Origin: an uncultured Gammaproteobacteria bacterium
GTDB lineage: Bacteria > Patescibacteriota > Patescibacteriia > Magasanikbacterales > GWA2-37-8
Direction: 5' to 3'
Length of the DNA: 64,000 nucleotides
Assembly (NCBI GenBank): GCA_964634875.1
Contig: CAZWKA010000005.1
Coordinates: 27,167-91,166 of the forward strand
The position numbers and the translations under genes are program-made. The notes beneath the pieces were generated by a model. It had not been told where the DNA came from. It searched no databases and saw only the letters and a program-made list of their open reading frames with translations. The stretch's first letter is position 1, and each line of letters opens with the position of its first letter. Shown one piece after another: positions 27,283 through 38,757 of this stretch.

Positions 27283-29061
27283 TTATACTTGGCTTGGCCG
27301 GATATCTTCGATCATCATCTGGAGTTCCCGATTGCCGTTCCATTCGTTGACGCCAATCGTGAATACCATATCAATCTTATCGCCGGGATGCAGATTTTCT
27401 TTCCAGTTCTCAGGGTGACGACCTGGGTCGCCGAAACCAAAACCAATGGTTTTTTTTGCAACTTCAGAGTTGTGCTTGAGTGTAACACGAAGGTGTTTGC
27501 CCTCTGCTCCAAGCGCATCCACAGCTGCGACAGTCAGGCCGTAAGCAGCGTATTTTGGTTCTTCGTTGGCTTGGCCAAAAGGTTGGAACTGCTGTAAGAG
27601 GTCGTAGAGCTTCCAGTTGATTTCTGCCAGGTCAACTTCGGCATCAATTGTAATTTGGGGAACAAGCTCAACCCCTTTTAAGAGTTGAGTTACTGTAGCC
27701 AAGAGGGTTGTTTTAAATTTTTCTAATTGCTCTTTATCTTTAAGTGAGAAACCGCAAGCTTGTGGATGGCCGCCAAATTTATAGAAAAATTCAGGCATTG
27801 TTTTAAGAGCTTCAATCAGGTTGAGCTCTTTGACACTTCGTCCTGAACCAGTGATTTGTCCATTACTGAGCCCCATGACTAAAATTGGGCGGTAGAATTC
27901 GTCTTTGAGGCGGCTAGCAATAAGTCCGAGAATACCTGTAGCCCAGCCTTCACCCACGGCAAAGAGGATGGAGTTATTTTCTTGATTGGTAGCTTTAATT
28001 TGGGCGCGGGCTTCAGCGACTAATTGTTCGGTTAATTTTTGGCGGTCAGTATTGTTGATTCCAAGTTGAGTGGCCAATTCTTCGGCTTCAGCCTCGCTTT
28101 CGGACATAAGAAGTAAAAAGGCCACGTTGGCATGGTCCATCCGTCCAGCGGCATTGATGCGTGGGGCGATTTGAAACCCGATCGTGTGCGCGTCGTAGCT
28201 GCCACGCTTTGGTTTTCCGTTTTCATCACAAGCGCCGGCATTGATGAGAAGTTTTTGTAAGCCAATATTGCGTGTTTTATTGAGTACTGTCAGGCCATAA
28301 CGGACAAGTGCGCGGGATTCGCCTACTAAAGGAACCATGTCACCAACAGTAGAAATAGAAACCATGTCGAGTAGCCATTTTTCAAAGCCTTCGTGTGTTT
28401 CGCCGTTAGGTAAAAATTCGTTATTTTTCTGGTGGTGTTTGAGAAGTGCTTGGGCTAATTTGAAAGCTACGCCGCCTCCAGCCAGAGTTTTGTCGGGGTA
28501 TTTTTCGTCGGGTACGAGCGGATGAATGATGGCGTCGGCCGGTGGAAAAACAGCTGGCATCGCATGGTGGTCGGTAACGATTGTCTGCATGCCAAGGGCT
28601 TTGGCTTCGGTAATTTCGACGGTATTGCTGATGCCGCAATCGCACGTGATGATCAGGCTGGTGCCGTTTTCTTTAAGAAAAGTAACGGTACGGCTATTGA
28701 GTCCGTAACCGTCAGTTTCGCGGTGTGGAAGGAAGATGCCGACGTCCTTTGCACCTAACTTTTTTAAAGTTGAAACGAGTACAACCGAAGCGCAGACGCC
28801 GTCCGCATCGTAATCACCGTGGACTGTAATTTTTTTGTTATTTTGTATGCAGTCAAAAATAAGCGCAACGGCTTTTTCCATGTCATTAAACAAATAAGGG
28901 TCATGGATGTCGCTGCTATAATCGGGGTTCAGGAATTCGTCGATCTTTTCTTGGGTTCGCAAATTACGGTTCCAGAGCAGGCGCGTAACGATTGGTGGAA
29001 GCTCGGGGTGCAGAGCGGTAAATTCTGGTGGTGGCGGGGGAAGGGTTATCCATTTTTTCAT
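27283..29061 (-). CDS. recJ: ssDNA-specific exonuclease RecJ
   Basis: GDYDADG, TCDCG, TDHH, PRINAAGR, GSGRS, FGGH; start placed at ATG 29061. Confidence 0.96.
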   Translation of the reverse strand: MKKWITLPPPPPEFTALHPELPPIVTRLLWNRNLRTQEKIDEFLNPDYSSDIHDPYLFNDMEKAVALIFDCIQNNKKITVHGDYDADGVCASVVLVSTLKKLGAKDVGIFLPHRETDGYGLNSRTVTFLKENGTSLIITCDCGISNTVEITEAKALGMQTIVTDHHAMPAVFPPADAIIHPLVPDEKYPDKTLAGGGVAFKLAQALLKHHQKNNEFLPNGETHEGFEKWLLDMVSISTVGDMVPLVGESRALVRYGLTVLNKTRNIGLQKLLINAGACDENGKPKRGSYDAHTIGFQIAPRINAAGRMDHANVAFLLLMSESEAEAEELATQLGINNTDRQKLTEQLVAEARAQIKATNQENNSILFAVGEGWATGILGLIASRLKDEFYRPILVMGLSNGQITGSGRSVKELNLIEALKTMPEFFYKFGGHPQACGFSLKDKEQLEKFKTTLLATVTQLLKGVELVPQITIDAEVDLAEINWKLYDLLQQFQPFGQANEEPKYAAYGLTVAAVDALGAEGKHLRVTLKHNSEVAKKTIGFGFGDPGRHPENWKENLHPGDKIDMVFTIGVNEWNGNRELQMMIEDIRPSQV

Positions 29062-29070
29062 ATTTTTAGT

Positions 29071-29210
29071 GTCATTGCGAGGAGCAAAGCGACCTGACTG
29101 CTGACAGGTGGTGCGGTAATCCCCTGGATTTAAGTAATACTTTTTAGAACATTTTATTCTTTTACTCAACGAGATTACTTTGTTATTCGTTCATCACTTA
29201 TCGCAATGAT
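29071..29210. repeat. Degenerate GTCATTGCGA...TCGCAATGA palindromic (REP/RPE-like) element
   Basis: Terminal IR GTCATTGCGA / TCGCAATGAT; internal GTAATC / GATTAC; nested CCTGACTGCTGACAGG. Confidence 0.65.
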
Positions 29211-29214
29211 AAAA

Positions 29215-29613
29215 TTATGCCTCCCGATTAAGTAAATTTTCAAAAGTTAGTTTCTTAAAATCCCAATATGAATCGGCCAGGTGCAGGGTAAAAATTATAA
29301 ACAGCAGATCAAACGACCAGAACCGGGCAGCGGGAAGTGGTGCTTGGTAACTGGCAAAAAGGATGGAGCCGAGGGCGATCCAGTAGATGAGGGTTTTGGT
29401 GGTGACTTCCCGGCGGTCAGCGGCACGGATATTGCGGCGAATATGCCAGAGGTGCAGGGTGTAGTAGACGATGACCGGCCCGCCGAGATACCATTGGTAG
29501 CGATCGGGGCTGAGACCGAGCCGCCCTAAACCGTATAAACTGAGCCAAAGTAGTACTCCCAGCGCAAAAAAGAGAAAAATAATGTCGAGCTGGTAGTGGC
29601 GAAGGGGGCGCAT
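29215..29613 (-). CDS. Hypothetical 4-TM membrane protein
   Basis: Four hydrophobic segments; co-oriented with lepA and recJ. Confidence 0.75.
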   Translation of the reverse strand: MRPLRHYQLDIIFLFFALGVLLWLSLYGLGRLGLSPDRYQWYLGGPVIVYYTLHLWHIRRNIRAADRREVTTKTLIYWIALGSILFASYQAPLPAARFWSFDLLFIIFTLHLADSYWDFKKLTFENLLNREA

Positions 29614-29640
29614 GTCATTAAAAGCTAGAATGGAAGCGTA

Positions 29641-29739
29641 TTAGTATTGAAATAATGGTAAGATAGTCAACATCAGCATGGCGAATATAGCAACTACCGC
29701 GAGTACCATGCCAAGGCGTTTAGAAGTTTTTTCTTTCAT
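29641..29739 (-). CDS. Small single-TM protein (32 aa, DUF4044-like)
   Basis: MKEKTSKRLGMVLAVVAIFAMLMLTILPLFQY*; TATG start just after the lepA stop; below the ORF-track cutoff. Confidence 0.6.
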   Translation of the reverse strand: MKEKTSKRLGMVLAVVAIFAMLMLTILPLFQY

Positions 29740-29743
29740 AAGA

Positions 29744-31558
<1,815 letters not shown>

Positions 31559-31563
31559 AGATT

Positions 31564-33174
31564 TTACAGTCCAGTCATTCCTTCTTTAAGGGGTCTCAGT
31601 TTAAGCCAGCGTTTTTTGAGGCTGCCTGCTAAAAGCCTCATTTCATCTACTTTTAGGATGTAACAAATAAGCCCGTACAGGAGAAGCCCCACTGTACCAG
31701 AAACAGTGCCGTGAATCAATATGCCCCAAAAACGGTCCATATCAACCAGGCTAGCGAGTGGGGCTTTGAGGAATTGGATGATGAGCGCCATAGGGATTGC
31801 GGCAAGAGAGAGTTTGAATAAGAGATGGGTAATTTTTTCGCCTTCAATCGGAATCATTTTGGCGCGGAGGAAGATGGTTAGCAGGGTTACGTTAATAATT
31901 GCCCCCACAGAGGTGGCTAAGGCCAGTCCGGCAACGCCGTAGGGCCGCATAAGGAGTAGGGCAAAAATAATACTAATTAGCTCGCTGATGATGCCGAGGG
32001 CAAAGGGTGTGCGGGTATCAGTGAGCGCATAAAAGCCCCGTACAATAAGCGGGATGAGCGATTGAGCGAAAAGACTAAAAGCAAAAAAAGCGAGGGCGTT
32101 AGCAGTAGTAATGGTTGCGGACCAGTCAAAGGAACCGGTACCGAGAATAATGCGTACAATTTGAGCCCGCAAGAGCAGAACGATGATCGAGGCGGGAATA
32201 ATCAAAAAAAGGATTTGGCGGGCAGTGAGAGAAATGTTTTTACTGAATTCGGCCTGGTTTCCTTCGGCTGCTGCAGCAGAAAGTACCGGAAAAACAGCCA
32301 GCGCAAAAGGGATGCCGATCAAACCGGTTGCCACACCTTGTAAGTTGTTGGCGTAGTTATAGACAGCTACACTGCCGATAGGAAGCAGTGAGGCCAAAAC
32401 GGTGATGATAACAGAATTAAATTGTGTAACGGCAAGTCCGAGTGTTCGAGGCACCATAAGGCGCCCAATCAGTCGGGTGTTGGCGTCGGTGAGATTAAAT
32501 TGGGGCCGCCAGTTAAAACCAGCTTGCCAGGCCCCGAGGGTTTGGATAAAACAATGTAAAAATGCCCCCAATACTACGCCCCAGGCAAGTCCGGGAAGGC
32601 CTAAAACGGGTACAAGCAGGGTTGCCCCAATGATAATGCCGATGTTATAGAAAACCGGTGCGAATGAGTAAAGGAGGAAATGTTTAAGCGATTGCAAGAT
32701 GCCGCCCATGACCATTGAAATACCAAGAAAGACAGGTGAGAGAAAGAGGATGCGGGTAAAAGTAATGACCAGATCCTGGTTTTGGGGTGGAAATCCAGGG
32801 GCAATGATTTTGGCGATCCAGGGTGATAGGACGATACCAATGATGGCGAGGGTGCTAATGCATACGCCAATAATGTTGAGTACGTTGCTCGCTAAGCGCC
32901 ACGCAGTTGATTTTCCATTTTCCTGGTAAAAAAGTTTGGTAAAAGTAGGGATGAATCCGGCCGTGAGTGCGCCGATAATCAGAAGGTTATAAATAAGATC
33001 AGGAATTTTAAACGCTGCATAATAAGCATCCATAACTGGTCCCGCGCCATAGTAATGGGCTAAAATACGGTCACGGACAATACCAACGACGCGGCTGAGA
33101 AGTGTCGCAAGTGAAATGATCACGGCTGCGCCAGTGATCGACTTAGAGGGTGTCGTTAAAAATTTAGGGAGCAC
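31564..33174 (-). CDS. murJ: Lipid II flippase MurJ
   Basis: SRVVGIVRD, AAFKIPD, AGFIP; many TMs; GTG start. Confidence 0.95.
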   Translation of the reverse strand: MLPKFLTTPSKSITGAAVIISLATLLSRVVGIVRDRILAHYYGAGPVMDAYYAAFKIPDLIYNLLIIGALTAGFIPTFTKLFYQENGKSTAWRLASNVLNIIGVCISTLAIIGIVLSPWIAKIIAPGFPPQNQDLVITFTRILFLSPVFLGISMVMGGILQSLKHFLLYSFAPVFYNIGIIIGATLLVPVLGLPGLAWGVVLGAFLHCFIQTLGAWQAGFNWRPQFNLTDANTRLIGRLMVPRTLGLAVTQFNSVIITVLASLLPIGSVAVYNYANNLQGVATGLIGIPFALAVFPVLSAAAAEGNQAEFSKNISLTARQILFLIIPASIIVLLLRAQIVRIILGTGSFDWSATITTANALAFFAFSLFAQSLIPLIVRGFYALTDTRTPFALGIISELISIIFALLLMRPYGVAGLALATSVGAIINVTLLTIFLRAKMIPIEGEKITHLLFKLSLAAIPMALIIQFLKAPLASLVDMDRFWGILIHGTVSGTVGLLLYGLICYILKVDEMRLLAGSLKKRWLKLRPLKEGMTGL

Positions 33175-33175
33175 A

Positions 33176-33844
33176 TTATTGTTGTGGGCTTGGTAAGTTT
33201 ACTGTGAGCAGGGCATAATCAGTGCCCGGACGATTTTCTTCATCTCCCTCAGCCTCGAGGGTACCTGTTGCCCCATCCGGACCGCTAAAGGTGATTTGGC
33301 GAGAAGTTTTGCCGATAGTTTCTTCTTCAATGCTATAGCTTTGTTTGAGCAGTTCGTTTTTATAGTAGGAAATAACGAAGGACGGTTCCGCGTCCATATT
33401 GCGCCATTCTATTTGGACAGTATCATGTGCATCGCTAACTGGGGTGGTGATAAGCTGCCACATTTTTTTGGCAATGGCTCCGCTGTCTTCGTCAGCAGTG
33501 CTATTTTTATCCATTGCAAAAATAAGCGGTGAAAGGATTAACTTGGGAAACAGGGCGGCAACTTCGACGCCTCGGCTTTTATACTTACCCGAGATAAACG
33601 TGATGCGTTCGATGGCGTCGCGGTCGTAAATGGGGATGGCGGTAGGGAAGTTGGCTGGTACGGTGCTTAATGCTTCCGGACCCTTGCCGGCGGCAAAACG
33701 GAGGGCAATAATACCAAGGACAATAAAAATAATAATCGAAAAACAGCCAATCAAGCAGCCGCGTTTGAGGCTGCCATGGCCTTTGGTAAGTTCGCCAATT
33801 GGCGGATCGACAATTTCAACGTTTTGGATAAGATCGTCCCGCAT
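33176..33844 (-). CDS. Hypothetical membrane-anchored protein
   Basis: GCLIGC TM segment, VPANFPTAIPIY; likely ATG at 33844. Confidence 0.7.
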   Translation of the reverse strand: MRDDLIQNVEIVDPPIGELTKGHGSLKRGCLIGCFSIIIFIVLGIIALRFAAGKGPEALSTVPANFPTAIPIYDRDAIERITFISGKYKSRGVEVAALFPKLILSPLIFAMDKNSTADEDSGAIAKKMWQLITTPVSDAHDTVQIEWRNMDAEPSFVISYYKNELLKQSYSIEEETIGKTSRQITFSGPDGATGTLEAEGDEENRPGTDYALLTVNLPSPQQ

Positions 33845-34035
33845 AGATGCTCTGAAGTATATACCAAAAAGCACCGAGTATGCAATTTTTAACACTCTTG
33901 CTTGGTCAGGCTAAAAAATAAGCAGGCTTCCTTCTGTGAACTTAGTAGTATGGTGGGCGATATCTAGTTTTTTTTATTATGAAGATATGCTATTCTAGTC
34001 CTTAAACCTCGTTAAATAAGGTATTTAAGTTATAT

Positions 34036-35322
34036 ATGGGTGAAAAATATCGTGGAACTGACGATTCCCAAGTTTTTCGGCCTAATGTGGAAGCCAACAG
34101 CCCTGAGGAAGTCCTCGATGTGGGGAGTTCTGCTCGCTTACGCCTTCAAGAGCGCTTAAGGGCCTCAAGGGTAGAGCCTTCTCAGGAATTTAGTATCCCG
34201 AGTCCTCTTGAAGGGCGTGATGAGTTTTTGCAAAAGTGCCAGCAGGTTTGTGGCGGTTTAAACCATTTATTGGAACGATTTTACCGGCACGATGTTAACG
34301 TCCGGCTCGCGGAAGACCGCGAATTAGTGCGCCAACAACGAAACCGTTTAGCGGTTAGGGGGCCAGTGGTCAAATCCGAACTTCTGGAGTGCTATGAAGA
34401 GCTCAGTAATCTGTTTGATAATTTTTCATCTGTTGATTTTCCAGTGCGTGACTCGAGTCGAGCGTTGGTGGAAGAAGGTTTAGCTCGTTTGCCGGAGTTA
34501 ACAAAGGAAGTTGATCGGCTTATTGGGCGAGGGCAGTCGATGGCTGAACCGTCTATGATTACTGGGAGTATTGAGCGTCCACTGGAAGTAATGGAAGAAA
34601 AAAACCAAGAACGCGGACGTCTGAAAAAGTCAGGCCAAAGTGAAGCTGGTGCAAAACTTGCCCAAGCCGTCGCGCCGGTTTTTGATAGCCAGTTCGAAAA
34701 AGCAATGCCTACGATTGAATTTGAAGTTCCTGCTCAGCTTGGTGCTAAAGTTCCCTCGCCTGTTTCAACCCCTGCACCAGCTCGTTGGTGGAAACGGGCA
34801 GGTATTCGCTCCTTGGTGGCTGGGACCGCCCTCCTTGGAGCTGATGTTGGGGTGCCATTGTCTGACACTTTAGGTGGTAGGAAGGATATGCAGCAACCAA
34901 CACCTCTGCATATTCCAAGCGAAGTGCCACCAAAAGAGCCTCGCCCTGAATATGGTATTTTTTGGGAACTTGAAGGTGTGAAAGTAGGTGAAAAAAAAAT
35001 TACTTTGCCGCTTAAAAACTTGGAACGTTCACTATACTGGGTTTTTTTGGATTCAGCCAAAGAGCGTAATATTACTAATCGTTCTTGGGTTGATAAAGAG
35101 CAGATGGAAGATCATTGTAATTGGGCGGCAAAAAAAGCTGTTGCCCTGCTGGTTGAAGGAAAAAGCACTAAGCGGCTCCGTCAGCTGGTCAACATCAAGG
35201 TCTTGAATGAGGCAACCGATCAGGACGCTGACCATTTTACTATTAAGGATCGAGCTGTTTTTTACGACGTACTTATTAAACCACTCCTCAGTTTTGAGCG
35301 AAATAATGAGCGAGTTAATTAG
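34036..35322 (+). CDS. Hypothetical protein
   Basis: 428-aa ORF with native codon usage and an internal hydrophobic segment. Confidence 0.7.
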   Translation: MGEKYRGTDDSQVFRPNVEANSPEEVLDVGSSARLRLQERLRASRVEPSQEFSIPSPLEGRDEFLQKCQQVCGGLNHLLERFYRHDVNVRLAEDRELVRQQRNRLAVRGPVVKSELLECYEELSNLFDNFSSVDFPVRDSSRALVEEGLARLPELTKEVDRLIGRGQSMAEPSMITGSIERPLEVMEEKNQERGRLKKSGQSEAGAKLAQAVAPVFDSQFEKAMPTIEFEVPAQLGAKVPSPVSTPAPARWWKRAGIRSLVAGTALLGADVGVPLSDTLGGRKDMQQPTPLHIPSEVPPKEPRPEYGIFWELEGVKVGEKKITLPLKNLERSLYWVFLDSAKERNITNRSWVDKEQMEDHCNWAAKKAVALLVEGKSTKRLRQLVNIKVLNEATDQDADHFTIKDRAVFYDVLIKPLLSFERNNERVN

Positions 35323-35328
35323 TTTTGT

Positions 35329-36699
35329 ATGGAAATTACTTTTGTGGGAGCAGCAGGAGAAGTCACCGGGTCGTGCAGCCTTGTCGAAGCAGCCGGCCAG
35401 AAAATACTCATCGATTGTGGCATGTTTCAGGGTAGTGATTTTAACGAGGCTAAAAATCATGATCCGCTACCGTTCGATCCACGGGAATTGAGTGCGGTAT
35501 TGATAACCCACGCTCATTTGGATCATGTCGGCCGCCTACCGTTGCTTGTTAAAGGTGGTTTTAGTCATACTATCTACGCTACCGCTCCGACCTGTGACTT
35601 AATCGAACTTATTTTGAATGATGCCTACGCCGTCATGGAGTATAACTTTCGAAAATTGGGTGCGCCGCTGCTGTATAATGAAACCGATATCGCGCGTGTA
35701 ATGGAGTTGATTAAGCCAGTTGAATATCATGCGGGAGTAAGGCTTAAAAAAGTAGGCAGTAGTGATGAGATTGTGGCTACCTGGTTTGATTCCGGCCATA
35801 TTTTTGGGGCAGGGTTTATTCAGCTCGAAGCAGATGGCAAGAAGGTTGTCTTTACCGGAGACGTTGGCAATGCCAACATGCCGATTTTGCGTGAAACAGA
35901 AAGTTTACCCGAGGGTTTGGATTTGTTGGTGTGCGAATCAACGTATGGTAATCGCCAGCATGAGATACCCGAGGTGCGACAGCGGATAATTCAGAAAATG
36001 GTTTCCGAAGCGATTGCGCGTGGAGGTGTCCTTATGATACCGTCATTTTCGCTTGAACGTACGCAGGAGTTGATTTATGATCTTAACGACCTGGTCGATC
36101 GCAGCCATGCCTTGCCGCGAGTGCCGATTTTTTTAGATAGCCCGCTCGCTATAGGCGCGTTAAAAGTGTATCGTAAATACCCTAAGTATTATGATGAGAA
36201 GGCTTCGGCGCTGTATAAAGCAGGGGATGATCTATTCCAATTTCCCGGGCTGACCATGTGCGAAACACGAGAGGAATCAAAAAAAATTAATAATACTCCA
36301 GGTGCTAAGATAATTATTGCAGGAGCCGGAATGATGAATGGCGGGCGTATTGTTCACCACGCGTTGCGGTATTTGTCGGATGAACGCAACACCTTGTTAA
36401 TTATTGGTTACCAAGCCCAGGGTACGCTCGGGCGGCAAATTTTGGATGGCGAATCGCCGGTTAGGGTAATGAAAGAATGGGTGCAAGTAAAGTGCCAGGT
36501 AAAAGCGATCGGCGCCCTGTCTGCCCATGCTGACCAAAATAAGCTGGTAAAGTGGGTTCACGCACTCAAAGATAGACCTAAGCAGATTGTGCTTAACCAT
36601 GGTGAGCACTCGACCTCGGAGGTGCTTGCAGAACGCTTGCGAACTGAGATACATGAAAAAGTAGTGCTGGCAAAACCGCTTATGAAAATAATGGTTTAA
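35329..36699 (+). CDS. MBL-fold beta-CASP ribonuclease
   Basis: GAAGEVTGS, THAHLDH, GHIFG, ESTYG, SAHAD, NHGE. Confidence 0.95.
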   Translation: MEITFVGAAGEVTGSCSLVEAAGQKILIDCGMFQGSDFNEAKNHDPLPFDPRELSAVLITHAHLDHVGRLPLLVKGGFSHTIYATAPTCDLIELILNDAYAVMEYNFRKLGAPLLYNETDIARVMELIKPVEYHAGVRLKKVGSSDEIVATWFDSGHIFGAGFIQLEADGKKVVFTGDVGNANMPILRETESLPEGLDLLVCESTYGNRQHEIPEVRQRIIQKMVSEAIARGGVLMIPSFSLERTQELIYDLNDLVDRSHALPRVPIFLDSPLAIGALKVYRKYPKYYDEKASALYKAGDDLFQFPGLTMCETREESKKINNTPGAKIIIAGAGMMNGGRIVHHALRYLSDERNTLLIIGYQAQGTLGRQILDGESPVRVMKEWVQVKCQVKAIGALSAHADQNKLVKWVHALKDRPKQIVLNHGEHSTSEVLAERLRTEIHEKVVLAKPLMKIMV

Positions 36700-36707
36700 A
36701 ATCGTAC

Positions 36708-36716
36708 TTATCCACA
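36708..36716 (+). promoter_or_regulatory. Consensus DnaA box
   Basis: TTATCCACA upstream of the mraZ promoter. Confidence 0.55.
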
Positions 36717-36794
36717 TTTTGCGCACGGGCCCCTCGGTCCGTGTTTTTTTATTATAAAAATGGGCTAAAAATGACTTTTTAATTTTGGGCTAAA

Positions 36795-36850
36795 GTGTTG
36801 ACCTGTGCAGCGGGGTGGTGTAAAATGGATGTACGTGGGGAAAAGTGGTG
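36795..36850 (+). promoter_or_regulatory. mraZ promoter with 10-bp phased MraZ boxes
   Basis: TTGACC (36798), 17 bp, TAAAAT (36821); GTG(G) units at 36795, 36805, 36815, 36835, 36845 and ATGG at 36825. Confidence 0.8.
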
Positions 36851-36907
36851 AAGCAGGTTTTAAGGCAATGCTTGTCTTTTAGAACTTCCACCACCTAAAA
36901 AATACTT

Positions 36908-37339
36908 ATGTTTATCGGCGAATATTCCCACTCACTCGACGACAAAGGACGAGTCGCGATTCCGGTTAAGTTCCGTGCCGAACTCAAAAAGGGCGGTGTG
37001 GTTACTCGGGGTCTTGATAACTGTTTGTTTTTTTACACTAAAACAGAGTGGGAAAAACTGGCAGAAAAACTAGCGACACTACCAATCAGCCAGTCTAACA
37101 GCCGAGCTTTTGCTCGTCTGATGCTTGCGGGAGCGATGGATGTAGAGGTCGATAAACAAGGACGCGTGATCATTCCTGAGTACCTGCGTGATTTCGCTGG
37201 TTTCAAGAAGGATGTCGTAATCGCTGGCCTCTATAGCCGACTCGAACTCTGGGATGCTGAAAAATGGTCGGCCTATAAGAAGCAGACTGAAAGTGAAAGT
37301 AGTGTTATCGCAGAGCGGATGGGGGAATTGGGGGTGTAG
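36908..37339 (+). CDS. mraZ: Transcriptional regulator MraZ
   Basis: Two DxKGR/DKQGR AbrB-like repeats. Confidence 0.97.
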   Translation: MFIGEYSHSLDDKGRVAIPVKFRAELKKGGVVTRGLDNCLFFYTKTEWEKLAEKLATLPISQSNSRAFARLMLAGAMDVEVDKQGRVIIPEYLRDFAGFKKDVVIAGLYSRLELWDAEKWSAYKKQTESESSVIAERMGELGV

Positions 37340-37366
37340 GAAGGTTAGTCATTAGCCTGTGGTTGT

Positions 37367-38281
37367 ATGAGCCGACATGTACCAGTTTTATTGCAAGAAG
37401 TTCTCGTAACGCTCGAGTTAAAAAAAGGGATGCGTGTTATTGACTGTACGCTCGGTGACGGTGGGCATAGCGAGGCAATTTTAGAAAAGATCGGGCCAAA
37501 TGGCAGACTCCTTGGAATTGATGCTGATACCGAGTCGCTCCTTAGGGCTAAACGGAATTTGTACCGGTTTGAAGCGCAAACGTTGTTTGTCCACAGTAAT
37601 TTTGCTGAGTTAGAAAAAAATATTGCGACCAACAGTTTCGCCCCTGTTGACCGGATCCTGATGGATCTGGGTTGGTCAACGCCACAATTTGCCGAACGGG
37701 GGAGAGGATTTAGTTTCGAAGGCAATGAACCCTTGGATATGCGCTATGGCAGCACCTTTGCCACAGCAAACCAAACAGCGTCAGATATCCTCAATGAAAG
37801 TTCAGCAGAAGAGCTGGTAAATATTTTCAAAAAGTACGGTGAAGAAGCGCTTGCGACAGAAATAGCTTTGGCTATAGTCGAAGAAAGAAAAAATAAACCG
37901 ATTACTGAAACACAGGTATTGGTTGCGCTTATTCTCGAAGTATACCGGACAAAGTTAAGAAGTACGAAAGAGATCCCGTGGATTGGCGGGCTGCATCCGG
38001 CCACAAAGGTTTTCCAGGCTTTACGTATCGCCGTTAATCATGAGCTTGAGGTGTTACAACAAGCATTGCCTCAAGCAATTGCGGCTCTGGCTCCAGGCGG
38101 GCGGTTGGCAGTAATTTCCTTCCACTCTCTTGAAGACAGGATCGTAAAACATTTTTTTCAGAGTTTGCCGGGGCAGCAGTTTAAAATCATTACCAAAAAA
38201 CCAGTGGTGGCAAGTGAAGCCGAAGTGGCTGCTAACCCACCGTCACGAAGTGCTAAACTTCGGGTCATTCAAAAAATTTAG
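37367..38281 (+). CDS. rsmH: 16S rRNA m4C1402 methyltransferase
   Basis: HVPVLL, DCTLGDGGH, RGFSF, PLDMR, SFHSLEDR, RSAKLR. Confidence 0.97.
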   Translation: MSRHVPVLLQEVLVTLELKKGMRVIDCTLGDGGHSEAILEKIGPNGRLLGIDADTESLLRAKRNLYRFEAQTLFVHSNFAELEKNIATNSFAPVDRILMDLGWSTPQFAERGRGFSFEGNEPLDMRYGSTFATANQTASDILNESSAEELVNIFKKYGEEALATEIALAIVEERKNKPITETQVLVALILEVYRTKLRSTKEIPWIGGLHPATKVFQALRIAVNHELEVLQQALPQAIAALAPGGRLAVISFHSLEDRIVKHFFQSLPGQQFKIITKKPVVASEAEVAANPPSRSAKLRVIQKI

Positions 38282-38303
38282 TTTAGTTTAAACACTAAGG
38301 AGT

Positions 38304-38672
38304 ATGTCCCTTCAACGTCAGTTACGTTCACAATATGGTCAGGTCATTCATTTTTTTAATGCGCTTACCCTTCCAGCCTGGATGACAGGAGGTGGAATGC
38401 GGGCGGGTTTACTCGTTATTTTGATCGTCAGCAGTGTTGCCTACGTGCTTAAAACAAGTTCTTCAGTAGCTTTGGGATACCAAATTAAAGGTCTGGAAAC
38501 GACTATTGAAACATTGGCATTAGAACAACAAAAAATGGCGGTCGAGGTTGCTTCGTACCGTTCAATGGCGAGTATTGAGGCACGCCTGGCTGAATTACAG
38601 ATGGTACCGGTCGCAACGATTAAACATTTAGGTTCCTCTGCGGCAACCGACGTAGTGATTGCAAAGAAATAA
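38304..38672 (+). CDS. FtsL-like cell division protein
   Basis: Position after rsmH; TM plus GY plus coiled coil. Confidence 0.65.
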   Translation: MSLQRQLRSQYGQVIHFFNALTLPAWMTGGGMRAGLLVILIVSSVAYVLKTSSSVALGYQIKGLETTIETLALEQQKMAVEVASYRSMASIEARLAELQMVPVATIKHLGSSAATDVVIAKK

Positions 38673-38757
38673 CGGTTTTGAAATTTTTTACTTCTATGAT
38701 ACTCTAAAATCGCACAAACTTTGTGCGATTTTTGGCAGAAAAAACTTTTGAATTACT

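Noticed and set aside
38706-38732. 13-bp perfect palindrome AAAATCGCACAAA-C-TTTGTGCGATTTT
   Set aside because: Could be a terminator or an operator; single copy, cannot be assigned.
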